From Chiloscyllium plagiosum (taxonomy: Eukaryota), in the NCBI RefSeq assembly GCF_004010195.1, contig NC_057751.1, positions 14,928,098 to 14,948,097 of the forward strand: DNA of 20,000 nucleotides. Reading direction: 5' to 3'. A model generated the notes under the pieces. That model saw only the letters and a program-made list of their open reading frames with translations. It made no database searches and was not told the DNA's origin. The position numbers and the translations under genes were made by a program. Positions 19,250-20,000 of the stretch are shown here, piece after piece. Every line of letters begins with the position of its first letter. Within the stretch, counting starts at the first letter, position 1.

Positions 19250-19738
19250 AGGGGAGCTGACGGCCTAATGGTATTATTGATAGATTATTAATTCAGAGAC
19301 ACAGACAATGTTTTCAAAACTTGGATTTGAATCCCACCAAGGTAGATGGTGGAATTTGCATTCAATAAAACTTTGGAATTAGAAGTCTAATGATGACTGT
19401 GAAAGCATTGTTAATTGTCTGAAAGATCCCATCTGGTTCACTAATGTCCTTGAGGGAGGGAAACTGCCATCTTGTGCGGGTTTGCTCCGGTTTCCTCCCA
19501 CAGTCCAAAGATATGTAGGTTAGTTGGATTAGCCATGCTAATTTGCCCATCGTGTTAGGTGCATTAGTCAGACAGAAATGGGTATGGGTGAGGTTACTCT
19601 TTGGAGGGTCGGTGTGAACTTGTTGGCCGAAGGGCCTATTTCCACACTGTAAGTAATCTCATCTAATTGCTGTCTTTACCTGGTCTGAACTAAATGTGAC
19701 TCCAGACCCACAGCAATGCGATTGACTCTTAACTGACC
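19250..19738 (+). mobile_element. tRNA-derived SINE (MetaSINE-like core, tentative), split by an HE1 insertion
   Basis: Head GGCCTAATGGTA...GGATTTGAATCCC. The core CTGGTTCACTAATGTCCTTGAGGGAGGGAAACTGCC resumes after the insert as TACCTGGTCTGAACTAAATGTGACTCCAGACCCACAGC. Confidence 0.75.
19474..19667 (+). mobile_element. HE1-type V-SINE, 5'-truncated, nested
   Basis: TGCTCCGGTTTCCTCCCACAGTCCAAAGAT...TTTCCACACTGTAAGTAATCTCATCTAAT matches 11615-11802. Confidence 0.9.
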
Positions 19739-19746
19739 CGAATGAA

Positions 19747-20000
19747 TGTAATGAACCAGACTTTATAAAAAATCTTAAAGTAAGGGAACACTTAGGAAGC
19801 AGCGATCATAATTTGGTAGAGTTCAGTCTGCAGTTTGAAAGAGAGAAGGCAAAATCGGATGTAATGGTGTTACAGTTAAATAAAGGTAACTATGAGGGCA
19901 TGAGAGAGGAACTGACGAAAATAGACTGGAAGCAGAGCCTAGCTGGGAAGACAGTAGAGCAAAAATGGCGGGAGTTTGTGGATAAAATTGAGGACACAGT
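19747..20000 (+). mobile_element. CR1 LINE ORF2, end of the AP-endonuclease domain; runs off the window
   Basis: Open frame CNEPDFIKNLKVREHLGSSDHNLVEFSLQF...GNYEGMREELTKIDW...VEQKWREF, containing the catalytic SDH motif and no stops. Confidence 0.9.

Overview
Eukaryotic, repeat-dense, mostly non-coding DNA, almost certainly from an elasmobranch (shark or ray), judged from HE1-type V-SINEs and HER1/CR1 LINE fragments. All family assignments are from recalled consensus motifs, not database searches. Much of the window is decayed retroelement sequence: CR1/HER1, L2, Rex1/Babar, Penelope-like termini, HE1 SINEs, a DeuSINE and a second tRNA-derived SINE family, often nested. No complete host protein-coding gene is recognisable; most supplied ORFs are LINE fragments or spurious. 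Main points of interest: (1) a Penelope-type minimal hammerhead ribozyme core at 2448-2475, with three degenerate relatives; (2) a CpG-retaining promoter and probable first exon at about 15.35-15.75 kb with a repeated (T)AACCCGGA(T/A) motif and an ETS/IRF/STAT/AP-1/NF-kB motif cluster; (3) two template-switch scars, namely a 63-bp exact copy moved 952 bp into a neighbouring LINE and an inverted, circularly permuted 25-mer; (4) a DeuSINE inflated by an internal minisatellite of about 32 bp; (5) a few weak candidate exons, one with a WCGSC thioredoxin-like motif.
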